Positions 17,970 to 27,247 of a DNA stretch of 64,000 nucleotides are shown here, in pieces (position 1 is the stretch's first letter; each line of letters starts with the position of its first letter). The stretch lies in assembly GCA_015231405.1 (NCBI GenBank), contig JADGBR010000014.1:3555-67554 (forward strand), read 5' to 3'. Source of the stretch: Candidatus Omnitrophota bacterium (lineage in GTDB: Bacteria > Omnitrophota > Gorgyraeia > Tantalellales > Tantalellaceae). The notes under the pieces are model-generated. The model saw nothing but the letters and a program-made list of their open reading frames with translations, was not told where the DNA came from and did not search any database. The position numbers were made by a program, and so were the translations under genes.

Positions 17970-19586
17970 CTATGGATAAAGTCGTTTACGGCGTTCGGCA
18001 ATGGCAGGGTTCGTAAGATATTCGTCATAGGTCGTATCGGCGCGGTCTATGAATCCTTTCGGGGTGATCTCTATGATACGGTTCGCGACCGTCTGTATAA
18101 GCTCGTGGTCATGCGAGGAAAAGATCAGCGGGCCTTTGAACTTGACAAGGCCTTCGTTAAGCGATGTTATGGACTCGAGGTCGAGGTGGTTGGTCGGCTC
18201 GTCAAGGAGAAGAACATTCCCTTTCGCGAGCATCATCCTCGAGAGCATGCACCTCACCTTTTCGCCGCCCGAGAGAACATTAACTTTTTTCAGGGCCTCA
18301 TCGCCGGAAAAAAGCATACGGCCGAGGAATCCCCGTAAATAGGTCTCAAGGTTATTGTCAGAATACTGGCTGAGCCAGTCGATAAGGTTCATGTCGGAAT
18401 CGAAGAAACCGGTATTGTCTTTCGGGTAATACGATACTTTCGTGGAAATGCCCCAGATAAAACTCCCTTTTTCCGGCTGTATCTCTTTCATGAGTATCCT
18501 GAAAAGAGCGGTCTTCGCGAGGTCGTTATAGCCTACCAGCGCGACCTTGTCGTTCCTGTTAATGGTAAGGGTAACATCCTTGAAAAGTTCCTCGCCCCCC
18601 TGGGAAGCGGACAAAGCGTTAAGGCTGAGGATGTTATTGCCCGTCTCTTTTTCGTATTCGAAATTTATGTACGGATATTTCCGGGATGAAGGTTTTATAT
18701 CCTCGAGGACCAGCTTCTCGAGACTTTTCTTGCGGCTTGTCGCCTGCCTGGCCTTCGAGGCGTTAGCGCTGAACCGGGCTATGAACTCCATGAGCTCCTT
18801 GCGCTTATCCATCATTTTTTTATTGGTCTCGGTCTTCTGCCTCAAAGCGAGCTGGCTGGACTGCATCCAGAAGCTGTAATTTCCGGGGAACAACTGTACC
18901 GCCCCGAAATCAATATCCACGATATGCGTACATACCTTATCAAGAAAATGGCGGTCATGGGATACGACTATGGAAATATTCGGAAAATCGATGAGAAAAT
19001 CCTCCAGCCACATGGCGCTCTCAACGTCAAGGTTGTTGGTCGGCTCATCCAAAAGAAGAATGTCGGGGTTCCCGAAAAGCGCCTGGGCGAGAAGTACGCG
19101 GAATTTCTGTCCGCCTTCAAGATGCCTCATCTCGACGTCCCGCAGCTCTTCGGGTATGCCGAGATTGTCCAGGAGTTTAACCGCGTCCGAATCGGCGTTC
19201 CAGCCCCCCAGGGAGTCGAACTCCCCCTCGAGCTCGGAGGCGTGTATCCCGTCGGCTTCGGTGAAATCCGGCTTCGCGTAAACGGCCTCTTTCTCCTTGA
19301 TGAGATCGTAAAGCCTTTTATGCCCCAGGATCACCGTCGTCAATACCGTGTATTCGTCGAAAGCGAACTGGTCCTGTTTAAGCACCGATATCCTTTCACC
19401 GGGAGTCACAAAAACCTCGCCGCGCGTCGACTCTATCTCGCCGGAAAGTATCTTAAGAAAAGTGGATTTTCCGGAACCGTTCGCGCCGATGACGCCGTAA
19501 CAGTTCCCCTGGGTGAAAGTTATATTCACACCGGAAAAAAGGACCCGTTTGCCGTACTGAAGAGCTAAGCCGCTCGTAGTTATCAT
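17970..19586 (-). CDS. ABC-F family ATPase (tandem ABC domains, no TMD)
   Basis: 538 aa. Two Walker A sites (GANGSGKST; second NBD), two LSGG signatures (LSGGEKVRCML) and an inter-domain linker. Typical EttA/Uup-like architecture. Confidence 0.9.
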   Translation of the reverse strand: MITTSGLALQYGKRVLFSGVNITFTQGNCYGVIGANGSGKSTFLKILSGEIESTRGEVFVTPGERISVLKQDQFAFDEYTVLTTVILGHKRLYDLIKEKEAVYAKPDFTEADGIHASELEGEFDSLGGWNADSDAVKLLDNLGIPEELRDVEMRHLEGGQKFRVLLAQALFGNPDILLLDEPTNNLDVESAMWLEDFLIDFPNISIVVSHDRHFLDKVCTHIVDIDFGAVQLFPGNYSFWMQSSQLALRQKTETNKKMMDKRKELMEFIARFSANASKARQATSRKKSLEKLVLEDIKPSSRKYPYINFEYEKETGNNILSLNALSASQGGEELFKDVTLTINRNDKVALVGYNDLAKTALFRILMKEIQPEKGSFIWGISTKVSYYPKDNTGFFDSDMNLIDWLSQYSDNNLETYLRGFLGRMLFSGDEALKKVNVLSGGEKVRCMLSRMMLAKGNVLLLDEPTNHLDLESITSLNEGLVKFKGPLIFSSHDHELIQTVANRIIEITPKGFIDRADTTYDEYLTNPAIAERRKRLYP

Positions 19587-19690
19587 TATTATCGCCTTAC
19601 TTCAACCCGTTCAGATTTATACTCAACTTAAGAGGTTGAGCTTACACAATTTCACGCCATTTGTAAAGCACAAATACCCCCGATAAAGAC

Positions 19691-19730
19691 CATGGACCAT
19701 GGACCATGGACTAAGGACTATGGACCATAG
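19691..19730. repeat. Tandem heptamer array CATGGAC x3, TAAGGAC, TATGGAC in the promoter region of the methyltransferase gene
   Basis: Read directly: catggaccatggaccatggactaaggactatggaccatag, 60-95 bp upstream of the ATG at 19789. Confidence 0.6.
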
Positions 19731-19788
19731 TACAATTTTATTTTTCTCTTATAAATCCACCCTGCCTGGTATATACTCTTATGTACAC

Positions 19789-20928
19789 ATGAATATCAAC
19801 GAACAGAGTAATATCCTTATAACCTGCTCGCGCGGGGTTTCGCCTTTTCTGGAAAAAGAGGCGGCGGCTCTCGGGTTCACCCCCGTATCAACCCACGAAA
19901 CCGGAGTTGTCGTCCGGGGGACGATCAAGGATACCTACAGGCTCAACCTTGAGCTTAGGACGGCGCTAAACGTGCTTTTTCTTCTTAAGGAATTCAGGTG
20001 TACCTCTCCCGAGGTGCTTTACAAAGAGGCCGGGACAGTTAAGTGGGAGGATATCATCCCCCCGGCGGAATACATCTCCGTAGTATCGCAGGTGAATAAC
20101 CCGACCGTGAACAACACTATGTTCGCGAACCAGAAGTTCAAGGACGCCGTTGTCGACCGCATGACAAATAAGACCGGAAAACGCCCTGATTCGGGCCCCG
20201 AAAGGTCCAATATCGTTATTAACTTTTACTGGAACGACCAGAAGGCGTGGATATACCTTAACACTTCCGGGACGAAACTTGCCGACAGAGGTTATAGAAA
20301 AATACCGTTATTGGCCCCCATGCGCGAAACTCTGGCAAGCGCCGTCGTCCAGGCTACCGGGTACAACGGTACATGCCATTTCGTTAACCCGATGACGGGA
20401 AGCGGAACGCTCGCCATCGAGGCGGCTCTTATCGCCCTCGGAAAAGCGCCGGGGCTCTTAAGGAGCAACTTCGGATTGAAACATATTAAGGGATTCGACG
20501 AAACCTATTGGCAGGAACTCCGTAAGGCAACGCTGCAGAAAGCCTCCAAGAAACCGGAATTCAAGATAATAGCCACGGATATCCGCCCCGAGCACGTAGA
20601 CGCCGCCCAAAAGAACGCTAAAACCTGCGGGGTAGACCATTTAATAGAGTTCGGCGTCTCTGATTTCTCTAAAACCGCGGTCCCTCCCGGAAAAGGGATA
20701 GTCCTTCTCAACCCCGAATACGGGGAACGCATGGGCGATAAAATAAACCTTATTTCCGTTTATAAAGGCATCGGAGATTTCTTTAAAAAGGAATGCTCAG
20801 GGTATACCGGATTTGTTTTCACGGGCAACATGGACCTGGCCAAAAAAGTCGGGCTTCGCGCGAGCCAGCGCCTCCCGTTCTTCACGGCGGAGATCGAGTG
20901 CCGGCTGTTGCGGTACGATATATACTAG
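19789..20928 (+). CDS. THUMP-domain RNA (guanine-N2) methyltransferase, RlmL/COG0116-like
   Basis: N-terminal THUMP-like region, then an SAM-MTase core with (D/N)PPY-type motif LLNPEYGERMG. The start is set at ATG 19789 (MNINEQ...), because the upstream in-frame ORF extension runs through the repeat array. Confidence 0.75.
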   Translation: MNINEQSNILITCSRGVSPFLEKEAAALGFTPVSTHETGVVVRGTIKDTYRLNLELRTALNVLFLLKEFRCTSPEVLYKEAGTVKWEDIIPPAEYISVVSQVNNPTVNNTMFANQKFKDAVVDRMTNKTGKRPDSGPERSNIVINFYWNDQKAWIYLNTSGTKLADRGYRKIPLLAPMRETLASAVVQATGYNGTCHFVNPMTGSGTLAIEAALIALGKAPGLLRSNFGLKHIKGFDETYWQELRKATLQKASKKPEFKIIATDIRPEHVDAAQKNAKTCGVDHLIEFGVSDFSKTAVPPGKGIVLLNPEYGERMGDKINLISVYKGIGDFFKKECSGYTGFVFTGNMDLAKKVGLRASQRLPFFTAEIECRLLRYDIY

Positions 20929-20965
20929 TTAGTGCACGGGTTTGGAAAAGTGCACGGTGCACTAA
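20929..20965. promoter_or_regulatory. GTGCAC-containing inverted repeat TTAGTGCAC...GTGCACG GTGCACTAA between convergent/tandem genes
   Basis: A 9-bp perfect inverted repeat with a third GTGCAC copy, in the 56-bp gap between the methyltransferase stop and the kinase start. Confidence 0.3.
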
Positions 20966-20984
20966 TATTTGGTGCCTGTTTATT

Positions 20985-21983
20985 ATGAACACGCTCGACC
21001 CCGAAACAAAGTCACAATTCTCGGCGCTGACGCCCGAGGTGATCATCAAGATCGCCGAAGACGAACTAATGACTCCCCTGACCGGACTATGCAGGTCCTA
21101 TAACAGCTACATAAACCGTGTATACGAGCTGTCACGCGGGGATAAGACCGGCGTCGTGGCGAAGTTCTACCGTCCGGGAAGATGGTCTAAAGAGGCGTTA
21201 CAGGACGAACACGACTTTCTTACGGAGCTCGCCTCCGGGGATATCCCGGTCATCGCACCCCTGAAACTCCGGGATAATAAGACATTGGGGGAATTCGAGG
21301 GGATATATTTCGCTCTTTTCCCGAAAAAAGGTGGGAGGAACACCGACGAATTCCTAGAGGAAGAATGGCTGGAAATAGGCCGGCTCATCGGACGCGTCCA
21401 CGCCATAGGCGAGAAGCGCCTACCCCGAGATCGCGTAACGCTGACACCTCACCTGGCGACAAGGGACCATATTGATTTCATTTCAAGGGGGGGATTTATA
21501 CCCAAAGAGCTCCTGGCTAAATTCCGGGATACAGCGGCCGCGCTTATAGAACTGACAGGGCCGCTATTTAAGAATAAATCGCTCATAAGGATACACGGCG
21601 ACTGTCATTTCGCTAACATAATTTACAGGCCCGGAGAATCGTTCTACCTCATAGACTTCGACGACATGGCCGTGGGGACTCCCGTCCAGGATGTATGGAT
21701 GCTGCTCCCGGGATACGTTAAGAACTCAAGACATGAGCTCGCGCTTTTTATCGAAGGGTACGAAACATTCAGGGATCTCAACCGTTCTGACCTTGTTTTG
21801 ATAGAGCCCCTCAGGGCTATGAGGTATATCCATTTCACCGCCTGGTGCGCCCGCCAGGTAGCCGACGGCGGCTTTACGAATCTCGCTCCTGGATGGGGGA
21901 CTAAGACCTACTGGCAAACGGAAATATCCGACCTCGAAAAACAGATATCCCTAATAAAACAAGACCTCCCCCCAATAACCTAA
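20985..21983 (+). CDS. Aminoglycoside-phosphotransferase-fold Ser/Thr kinase, SrkA/YihE-like
   Basis: 333 aa from MNTLDPET. APH/kinase motifs HGDCHFANIIY and LIDFDD. The upstream part of the longer ORF overlaps the previous gene, so it is rejected. Confidence 0.75.
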   Translation: MNTLDPETKSQFSALTPEVIIKIAEDELMTPLTGLCRSYNSYINRVYELSRGDKTGVVAKFYRPGRWSKEALQDEHDFLTELASGDIPVIAPLKLRDNKTLGEFEGIYFALFPKKGGRNTDEFLEEEWLEIGRLIGRVHAIGEKRLPRDRVTLTPHLATRDHIDFISRGGFIPKELLAKFRDTAAALIELTGPLFKNKSLIRIHGDCHFANIIYRPGESFYLIDFDDMAVGTPVQDVWMLLPGYVKNSRHELALFIEGYETFRDLNRSDLVLIEPLRAMRYIHFTAWCARQVADGGFTNLAPGWGTKTYWQTEISDLEKQISLIKQDLPPIT

Positions 21984-22005
21984 TAACTTAATAACCAATA
22001 ACCAA

Positions 22006-22551
22006 CTAACTCTTCTTCCCCCAACTGCCGTTCTCGGCCTGAATGGGCGTTCCAGCCGGGGCGCCTTGCTGCAGGCGCGCGGCGTAGACTTTCTGGACTT
22101 CCTGAACCGAAGTTCCATTCTTGGCGGCTATCCCCTTATAGATGACCATGCGGTCGGCGTTCTCCTCGTTCACTAGGCTTGAGTCGGCATTACCTTTAAC
22201 AACGACCATGCCCTTATTATCCTCTCCGACCGCGCCGGAGCTTTCGAGCGAGACTAGCGTGCTATAACGGGCTTTACGCCGAAGCGCCGCGCTCTCCACC
22301 TCGGGGTCGAGCGACTGGGCATAAGCGGTGGTCTCGAGTATCTCCAACAGGCTTAGAAGCCCCTTGGACGAACCCGCGCCTCCCGTAACTATGCTTTCAA
22401 TATCGTCTATATCTTTCTGCACGTGCTGATAAACGTCAAGCCTCATGGTCACGTCGACCTTGATGGGCTCCTTCGGGGCCTGCACCTTGACCGTGGCGCA
22501 GCCTATCAGAAGAAATAATCCTATTACAGCCAGCGATCTCAGATCCTTCAT
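22006..22551 (-). CDS. Lipoprotein with a C-terminal YdbL-like (DUF1318) domain
   Basis: Lipobox LLIGC. The C-terminal region NEENADRMVIYKGIAAKNGTSVQEVQKVYAARLQ...GSWGKK matches the DUF1318/YdbL signature. Confidence 0.6.
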   Translation of the reverse strand: MKDLRSLAVIGLFLLIGCATVKVQAPKEPIKVDVTMRLDVYQHVQKDIDDIESIVTGGAGSSKGLLSLLEILETTAYAQSLDPEVESAALRRKARYSTLVSLESSGAVGEDNKGMVVVKGNADSSLVNEENADRMVIYKGIAAKNGTSVQEVQKVYAARLQQGAPAGTPIQAENGSWGKKS

Positions 22552-23702
22552 ATGCCCTCCTCTCCTTTTTTAAAGATATCGTGAAGAACAACGTTAAACG
22601 TCCGCTTGCCGGCTTCGCCTTCCATTTCTATATCAAGCGACATATCCCGGCCGTTAAAACCGACCTTCATCCCGCCTTTATTATACACGTAACGGCTGAA
22701 ATTCTCCATTAGCATATCAATGCTCTGGCCCGTCCTTTTGGCCATATTCGCTAGAAAGGTCGTGTCTTTTATAACAAGGACCCCTCCGGGGATATCCGTC
22801 GAAAATTCACCGGTTATGCCGGTAAGCGCCGTCATCGATCCGGCCAGACGAAGCCCGCCCCCTATCGTGCCCGTGACCTCGACCTTTTCCGCGAGCTTAA
22901 AATCCCTGATGAACGTACCCAGGTCTAGTCCGGTAAGATCGATCGACGCCGTAAATCTCCCGTCTTTCCGGAGATCCATTTCGGCTTTGCCTCTGATCAT
23001 CCCGTTAAAAACTGTCCCGGCAAGTTGATCAAGGACGATCGAGTCGTTCTCCACTTTAACGATCCCGCCCACTCCGCTTATGACCGCGTCACCGCAAGTT
23101 ATCTTTCTAGCCGTAAGGACCGCGCCTCCGGCATATGGCGCGCCGGATATTTCAGCCTCCTCTACGGAGATCCCGAAAGCTTTTATCGTTCGTATCACGG
23201 CATCTATCCTGTCCTCGTTCCGGTCGTCGGGATGGAAGTCGATAGCGAGCGTCCCGGAGAGGCTTATACCCTGCGTTTTCAGATCAACCCCCGTCTCCTG
23301 GACCACGACTTTCCCAACGCTGAAAAAGCCCGGACCCGTGCCGGTATTCAACAGTTTTCCGGACTCTCCAGGCTTAAGGCGCCTTAAGTCCATGGATATG
23401 TTCCCGCCGCCGGAGCGGATCTCGGATATATGACCGGCCAAAAGCCCTTTTATGCCGTATGATACGTTTATCCCGTTCAACCGGATATCGTAAACGCCTT
23501 CTTTATTTATTTGAACGTACGTAATATCGATGGATCTTAAGGGATGGAATACACATTTGCCAATAGATACCGAACTTCCGACGAAAGTCTTTTCGATCCC
23601 GGCCTTAGCGATATAGATAATGATATCCGGGGCACAAAAAAGAAATACGACAGGAAAAGCGAAGGTCAAAAGACCTAAGACTATTGCTACAGCTTTTTTC
23701 AT
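22548..23702 (-). CDS. AsmA/YdbH-like envelope protein (N-terminal TM anchor, beta-rich periplasmic region)
   Basis: 384 aa, TM helix at the N-terminus, Gly-rich beta-strand repeats. Translationally coupled (4-bp overlap) to the YdbL-like gene, echoing the ydbH-ynbE-ydbL arrangement. Confidence 0.45.
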   Translation of the reverse strand: MKKAVAIVLGLLTFAFPVVFLFCAPDIIIYIAKAGIEKTFVGSSVSIGKCVFHPLRSIDITYVQINKEGVYDIRLNGINVSYGIKGLLAGHISEIRSGGGNISMDLRRLKPGESGKLLNTGTGPGFFSVGKVVVQETGVDLKTQGISLSGTLAIDFHPDDRNEDRIDAVIRTIKAFGISVEEAEISGAPYAGGAVLTARKITCGDAVISGVGGIVKVENDSIVLDQLAGTVFNGMIRGKAEMDLRKDGRFTASIDLTGLDLGTFIRDFKLAEKVEVTGTIGGGLRLAGSMTALTGITGEFSTDIPGGVLVIKDTTFLANMAKRTGQSIDMLMENFSRYVYNKGGMKVGFNGRDMSLDIEMEGEAGKRTFNVVLHDIFKKGEEGI

Positions 23703-23746
23703 ATCCCCATTTTAAACTTAAACGGTCGCGGTGGAAATGAATTTAA

Positions 23747-23938
23747 TCATATTTTCGAGGGCTTGCACAGATTCTCTTTGGAACGAGCGGCCCTTCCGCA
23801 GTTCAGGCAGTAATACTCCGCGCCCTTAACTATTTCCTTCACCCTTCCCATATCCCCGGAGACCACTATTTTGCATAAATGGTTCGCCTCATGGCAATTA
23901 TCTCCGCCCTTACATAGTTTTACGGTACTGTCGCTCAT
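23747..23938 (-). CDS. Small Cys-rich (7 Cys, 2 His) putative metal-binding protein
   Basis: 63 aa, MSDSTVKLCKGGDNCHEANHLCK...YYCLNCGRAARSKENLCK. No recognised family. Confidence 0.4.
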   Translation of the reverse strand: MSDSTVKLCKGGDNCHEANHLCKIVVSGDMGRVKEIVKGAEYYCLNCGRAARSKENLCKPSKI

Positions 23939-24184
23939 GTATAACCTCCCGCGTTTAGTATTATGATACCATTTTTATATCCTTATAGCAATATTAATGA
24001 TTTTCCCGCCGTAAAAACAGTAAGGCTTAGGAATCGGCCGTTTTGGATGGATCCACGGTATTTGCTTATCGCTTGTTACGGTCTTGTGACCCGGTACATT
24101 CCACGATCCGCCTTCCCGGCTCTTTGCCTTTGCCGATAGCCACACTGCCTCGACCGGCCTTATACCGCATGTGTGCAAAAGCCC

Positions 24185-24240
24185 TCTGCAATGACGTGTA
24201 AAGAACCTCGGCGGCGCTTTGGCCGAGGTGGTTTGGCCGA
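24185..24240. repeat. Intergenic copy (3' half) of the short repeat element also found inside the giant toxin gene
   Basis: ctgcaatgacgtgtaaagaacctcggcggcgctttggccgaggtggtt aligns with 31742..31790 (ttgcaatgacgcgtataacgcctcggcggcgctttggccgaagtggtt) at roughly 85% identity. Confidence 0.6.
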
Positions 24241-24253
24241 AGGGAGAGGGGAT

Positions 24254-24290
24254 GAAAAAAAAAGGCGCCGGAGTGCGCCTCTTTTCTATT
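24254..24290 (-). terminator. Rho-independent terminator for the minus-strand toxin-antitoxin operon
   Basis: On the minus strand: GAGGCGC-actccg-GCGCCTT followed by TTTTTTTTT, immediately downstream of the antitoxin stop. Confidence 0.55.
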
Positions 24291-24307
24291 TAACGACGAT
24301 AATTACA

Positions 24308-24637
24308 TTATGCAGATGCGAGCCGGGTTTTAACTTTTGCAGGTTGTTGCTTGAAAGTTATCTCTAATTTCGCATTACATGCCTGCGCTATCTTATTCAA
24401 TAAAGTTACCGTATAGCCTTTATATGCCCCGCTTTCATACCTGGATATGGCGGATTTTGTCGTATGTATCCTTTTGGCCAGTTTCTCCTGCGACAAGTTA
24501 GATTCTTTCCGTAACTTGGCTATTTTCTCAGAGATCAACAGTTTCTGATACTCAGCCTCAAATCGGATACGGAATTTTTCGTCCTGCAATAATTCGTCAA
24601 GATATGTCATCACTTTTTTCTTATCCATAATAAACAC
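24308..24637 (-). CDS. XRE-family HTH antitoxin (HigA-like)
   Basis: 109 aa with the HTH QEKLAKRIHTTKSAISRYESG. Overlaps the upstream toxin gene by 17 nt. Confidence 0.8.
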   Translation of the reverse strand: MFIMDKKKVMTYLDELLQDEKFRIRFEAEYQKLLISEKIAKLRKESNLSQEKLAKRIHTTKSAISRYESGAYKGYTVTLLNKIAQACNAKLEITFKQQPAKVKTRLASA

Positions 24638-25010
24638 CTCGCTTGTTTCTTTCTAAATATCTGTATCTCATTTTAATCGATTTAGCCAATTCCTTCTTAT
24701 CAGACTTCTGTGTTTTCTTTCTATAACCATTGGTAATAATTATTTTTCCGCCCTCAAAATAGAAATTAAAGAACCTGTAATGCATCGGCTTGAATTCATA
24801 GATCTTCTCGTTTTTGTCCACTATCCTAAATTTATTCTCGTCATGGATCTGGCCCTCTTCCGCCATTAATTTTACCAAAGCGCCCAATTTTAATTTTATA
24901 TTTATCGGCAACGCTTTAATAAGTTCAAGCGCGGGAATATTCCCATATTCATCATAATAGAATTCAACCTGGAATCTCTCCCCCTGATAATAAATATAAT
25001 TACCTGCCAT
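24621..25010 (-). CDS. RelE/ParE-superfamily toxin, phage Gp49/HigB-like (DUF891-type)
   Basis: 129 aa. Toxin-first gene order with an XRE antitoxin. Core IYEFKPMHYRFFNFYFEGGKIIITNGYRKKTQK typical of Gp49-like toxins. Confidence 0.7.
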   Translation of the reverse strand: MAGNYIYYQGERFQVEFYYDEYGNIPALELIKALPINIKLKLGALVKLMAEEGQIHDENKFRIVDKNEKIYEFKPMHYRFFNFYFEGGKIIITNGYRKKTQKSDKKELAKSIKMRYRYLERNKRGVYYG

Positions 25011-25092
25011 TTCCTCGCCTCATAAAGGTTAGCATATTTGCTAACTATAAACAACTTTTTTTATATATCGTCTTTCAACCTGCTAACTATCT

Positions 25093-25749
25093 TCATCTTG
25101 TTTCATGCTCTTTCAAGAGAACTTCTTTTATCATCTCCACCTTTTTATTCCCGACTCCTGGTACTCCCATTAATTTCCGGGATGGCGCATTGACTACTTT
25201 TTCTATGCTTCCGAAATGGTTCAATAGTTTTAGTCCCGTCTTTTCTCCCACATAGGATACATAGGATAATCCTGTCAGGAAGTATAAGGGACGCTTTCCC
25301 GGTTTTTTGGTTTTTTTACCGTGCCTTTTTCTTACTTCCCCGGCCAAGTATTCGTTCTGCGCGGAGATCAGGCTAAGAAAGGTAGCTGTTTCTTCCGGAT
25401 CTTTTGAGAAGATAACCGGGATCTTCCATTTTACTGATATACTCACAAGTGCTCCTTTTATCGCGTTAGGATGCATGCTATTTGAAATATCCTGGAATAA
25501 CGGGTCGCCTTCGATCAATACTAGCGGCCTTTCGTAATATTTTTTTAATCCCAGGGCTTGCCTGAACAATCTCCCGTCTATAATAGAATTCACGAATTCT
25601 GTCGTTGTCTTCCTTTCGATCACTACATTGTTGTTTATAATGTAATCTCCGAAGTTCAGGTTTTCTACCGTAATATTCGCACCGATCTTATCTTTTAAGA
25701 TCTTATAAACCCCGGATTACAGTTCTCTGATATCGACTTTAATTTTCAT
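25093..25749 (-). pseudogene. ERCC4/XPF(Hef)-type nuclease with HhH2, interrupted by an in-frame TAA at codon 11
   Basis: In-frame minus-strand reading from ATG 25749..25747 gives MKIKVDIREL*SGVYKILKDKIGANITVENLNFGDYIINNNV, continuing into VIERKTTTEFVNSIIDGRLFRQ ... GVPGVGNKKVEMIKEVL. This has the ERCC4 motifs GDY, ERK and DGRL, plus a C-terminal HhH. The stop TAA sits at 25719..25717. The listed ORF 25093..25623 begins at an internal GTG and lacks the GDY motif. Confidence 0.65.
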
Positions 25750-26392
25750 AACGTTATTTTCCCCTTCATTATTATAGACACTTTTTTATTCGATAATGTT
25801 TCAAACAATTTCTACCTTTTGGCCTAACACCCAGTTGGAATGCGGCACAACACATTCACCAAGAGCGCACTTACTGACGAACCGTTCCAGAAAAACAGAC
25901 GGCTGCGTTTACTTGTATTGGCGCGGCCGTTCAGGCTGCGCCCGGCTCCGGACGCGGCGTAGACCAAACGGCTTCGCCGGGGCTCAAAACAGCCTGCCAT
26001 ATAGCGGGCTGTTTTGAGCGGGATTAAGCACAGAACAACCTTTGAGGATAACCGAACTATAAGCTATGTTCAACGATTACCCGCCAGCGAAGTTAGCATA
26101 ATGCTCGTTAGCGGATGGCCCTCCGTAGCCGAATAATATCAAAATAGTTTGGCGAAGGAGGGACGTCGGATAACGCGCATTATGTTAAAGTTTGGTGTTC
26201 GGGGCTAGCTAAGGAGCCGGGGGAACCACTCACGAAAGTATCGCAGACACTGACTCACGAACCACCCATGAGCGACACGGCGGAACCATTATAGGAATAC
26301 CCGGATTTGTTACATATCTTATTTCTTCGTATTGAGTTCAATACTGTGTTTGCATGCAGTGTGTTCTCGTAAGAAGCGACAACAAACCCTGA

Positions 26393-26674
26393 TCAGGCTA
26401 TACGTATCTCAAGTCGCCTGCCTAACGCTTCAGCGGTTTTCTCAAGAGTCGACAATTTGATATCTTCGGCGTGGTTCTCCAGGCGGGAAATAGCTCCCTT
26501 GTATGTGTTCATCTTCTCGGCAAGCTCCTTCTGAGTAAGGCCTTCCTTCTCCCGGGCCATCCTCAACATGACACCGATCTTGAATTCTTTATACCCACGG
26601 TCGAAGGTCTTAGCGAACCTTTTGCTCCTCTTCTTCCTCTTGTCTATATATCTCTGCAGGTCGCTGTTCCTCAT
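26393..26674 (-). CDS. XRE-family HTH antitoxin (HigA-like)
   Basis: 93 aa with the [24 protein letters not shown], downstream of a RelE-like toxin gene. Confidence 0.8.
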   Translation of the reverse strand: MRNSDLQRYIDKRKKRSKRFAKTFDRGYKEFKIGVMLRMAREKEGLTQKELAEKMNTYKGAISRLENHAEDIKLSTLEKTAEALGRRLEIRIA

Positions 26675-26703
26675 TATAATTTACTCCCGTTTTGTATTAA
26701 TGT

Positions 26704-27045
26704 TTATCTGCTAAAATATTCTTCTATCATTTTCTCAGCTCTCTCGATCTCTTCCCTCGGGATCTTATCCGTCTTCTTTACCATACCGTGCGTAAGAATG
26801 ATATCATTACCCTTAAAAAAGCCGAACAACCGGTAAATATTCGAACCCGACTTTATCCTGCACTCCCAGATGTCCTTATCGAGCTTCTTATAATATTGCC
26901 CGGGGATAGGATGTAACTCCTCCAGTATTTTCAATACCCACAATATCTTCTCTGCCGCTTTATCGCTTAATGTATCTAAAAATGTCTCTACGGGTTTCTC
27001 CCCGGTCTTTTTTATATAAAAGATTACTTTTCTCACCATGAGCAT
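26704..27045 (-). CDS. RelE/ParE-superfamily toxin (HigB/Gp49-like)
   Basis: 113 aa. WECRIKSGSNIYRLFGFFKGNDIILTHGMVKKTDKIPREEIERA, the typical RelE/HigB core. Toxin-first operon with an XRE antitoxin. Confidence 0.7.
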   Translation of the reverse strand: MLMVRKVIFYIKKTGEKPVETFLDTLSDKAAEKILWVLKILEELHPIPGQYYKKLDKDIWECRIKSGSNIYRLFGFFKGNDIILTHGMVKKTDKIPREEIERAEKMIEEYFSR

Positions 27046-27247
27046 AGGTTAACATACAAGTTAACCTTATGCAACTTTCTTATGTGCGTTATTGGTGCGT
27101 TATTGGGGTCAGACCTCATCTTTACACAAAATATTTTAGCATAGTTTATGATGAAAATAATTTGAAACATTTTTTATGGTTTTGGTGTCTCTATAGGTAT
27201 GGGTTGAAAGCATACCTGATCAGCATTTATAACCAAGGAGGGTTTTC

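Noticed and set aside
20793-20984. N-terminal extension of the kinase ORF (listed 20793..21983)
   Set aside because: It overlaps the 3' end of the methyltransferase gene in another frame. The APH-like domain begins after the internal ATG at 20985.
23975-24178. 67-aa minus-strand ORF upstream of the Cys-rich gene
   Set aside because: Lies in promoter/intergenic DNA containing the repeat fragment. No homology and a poor start context.
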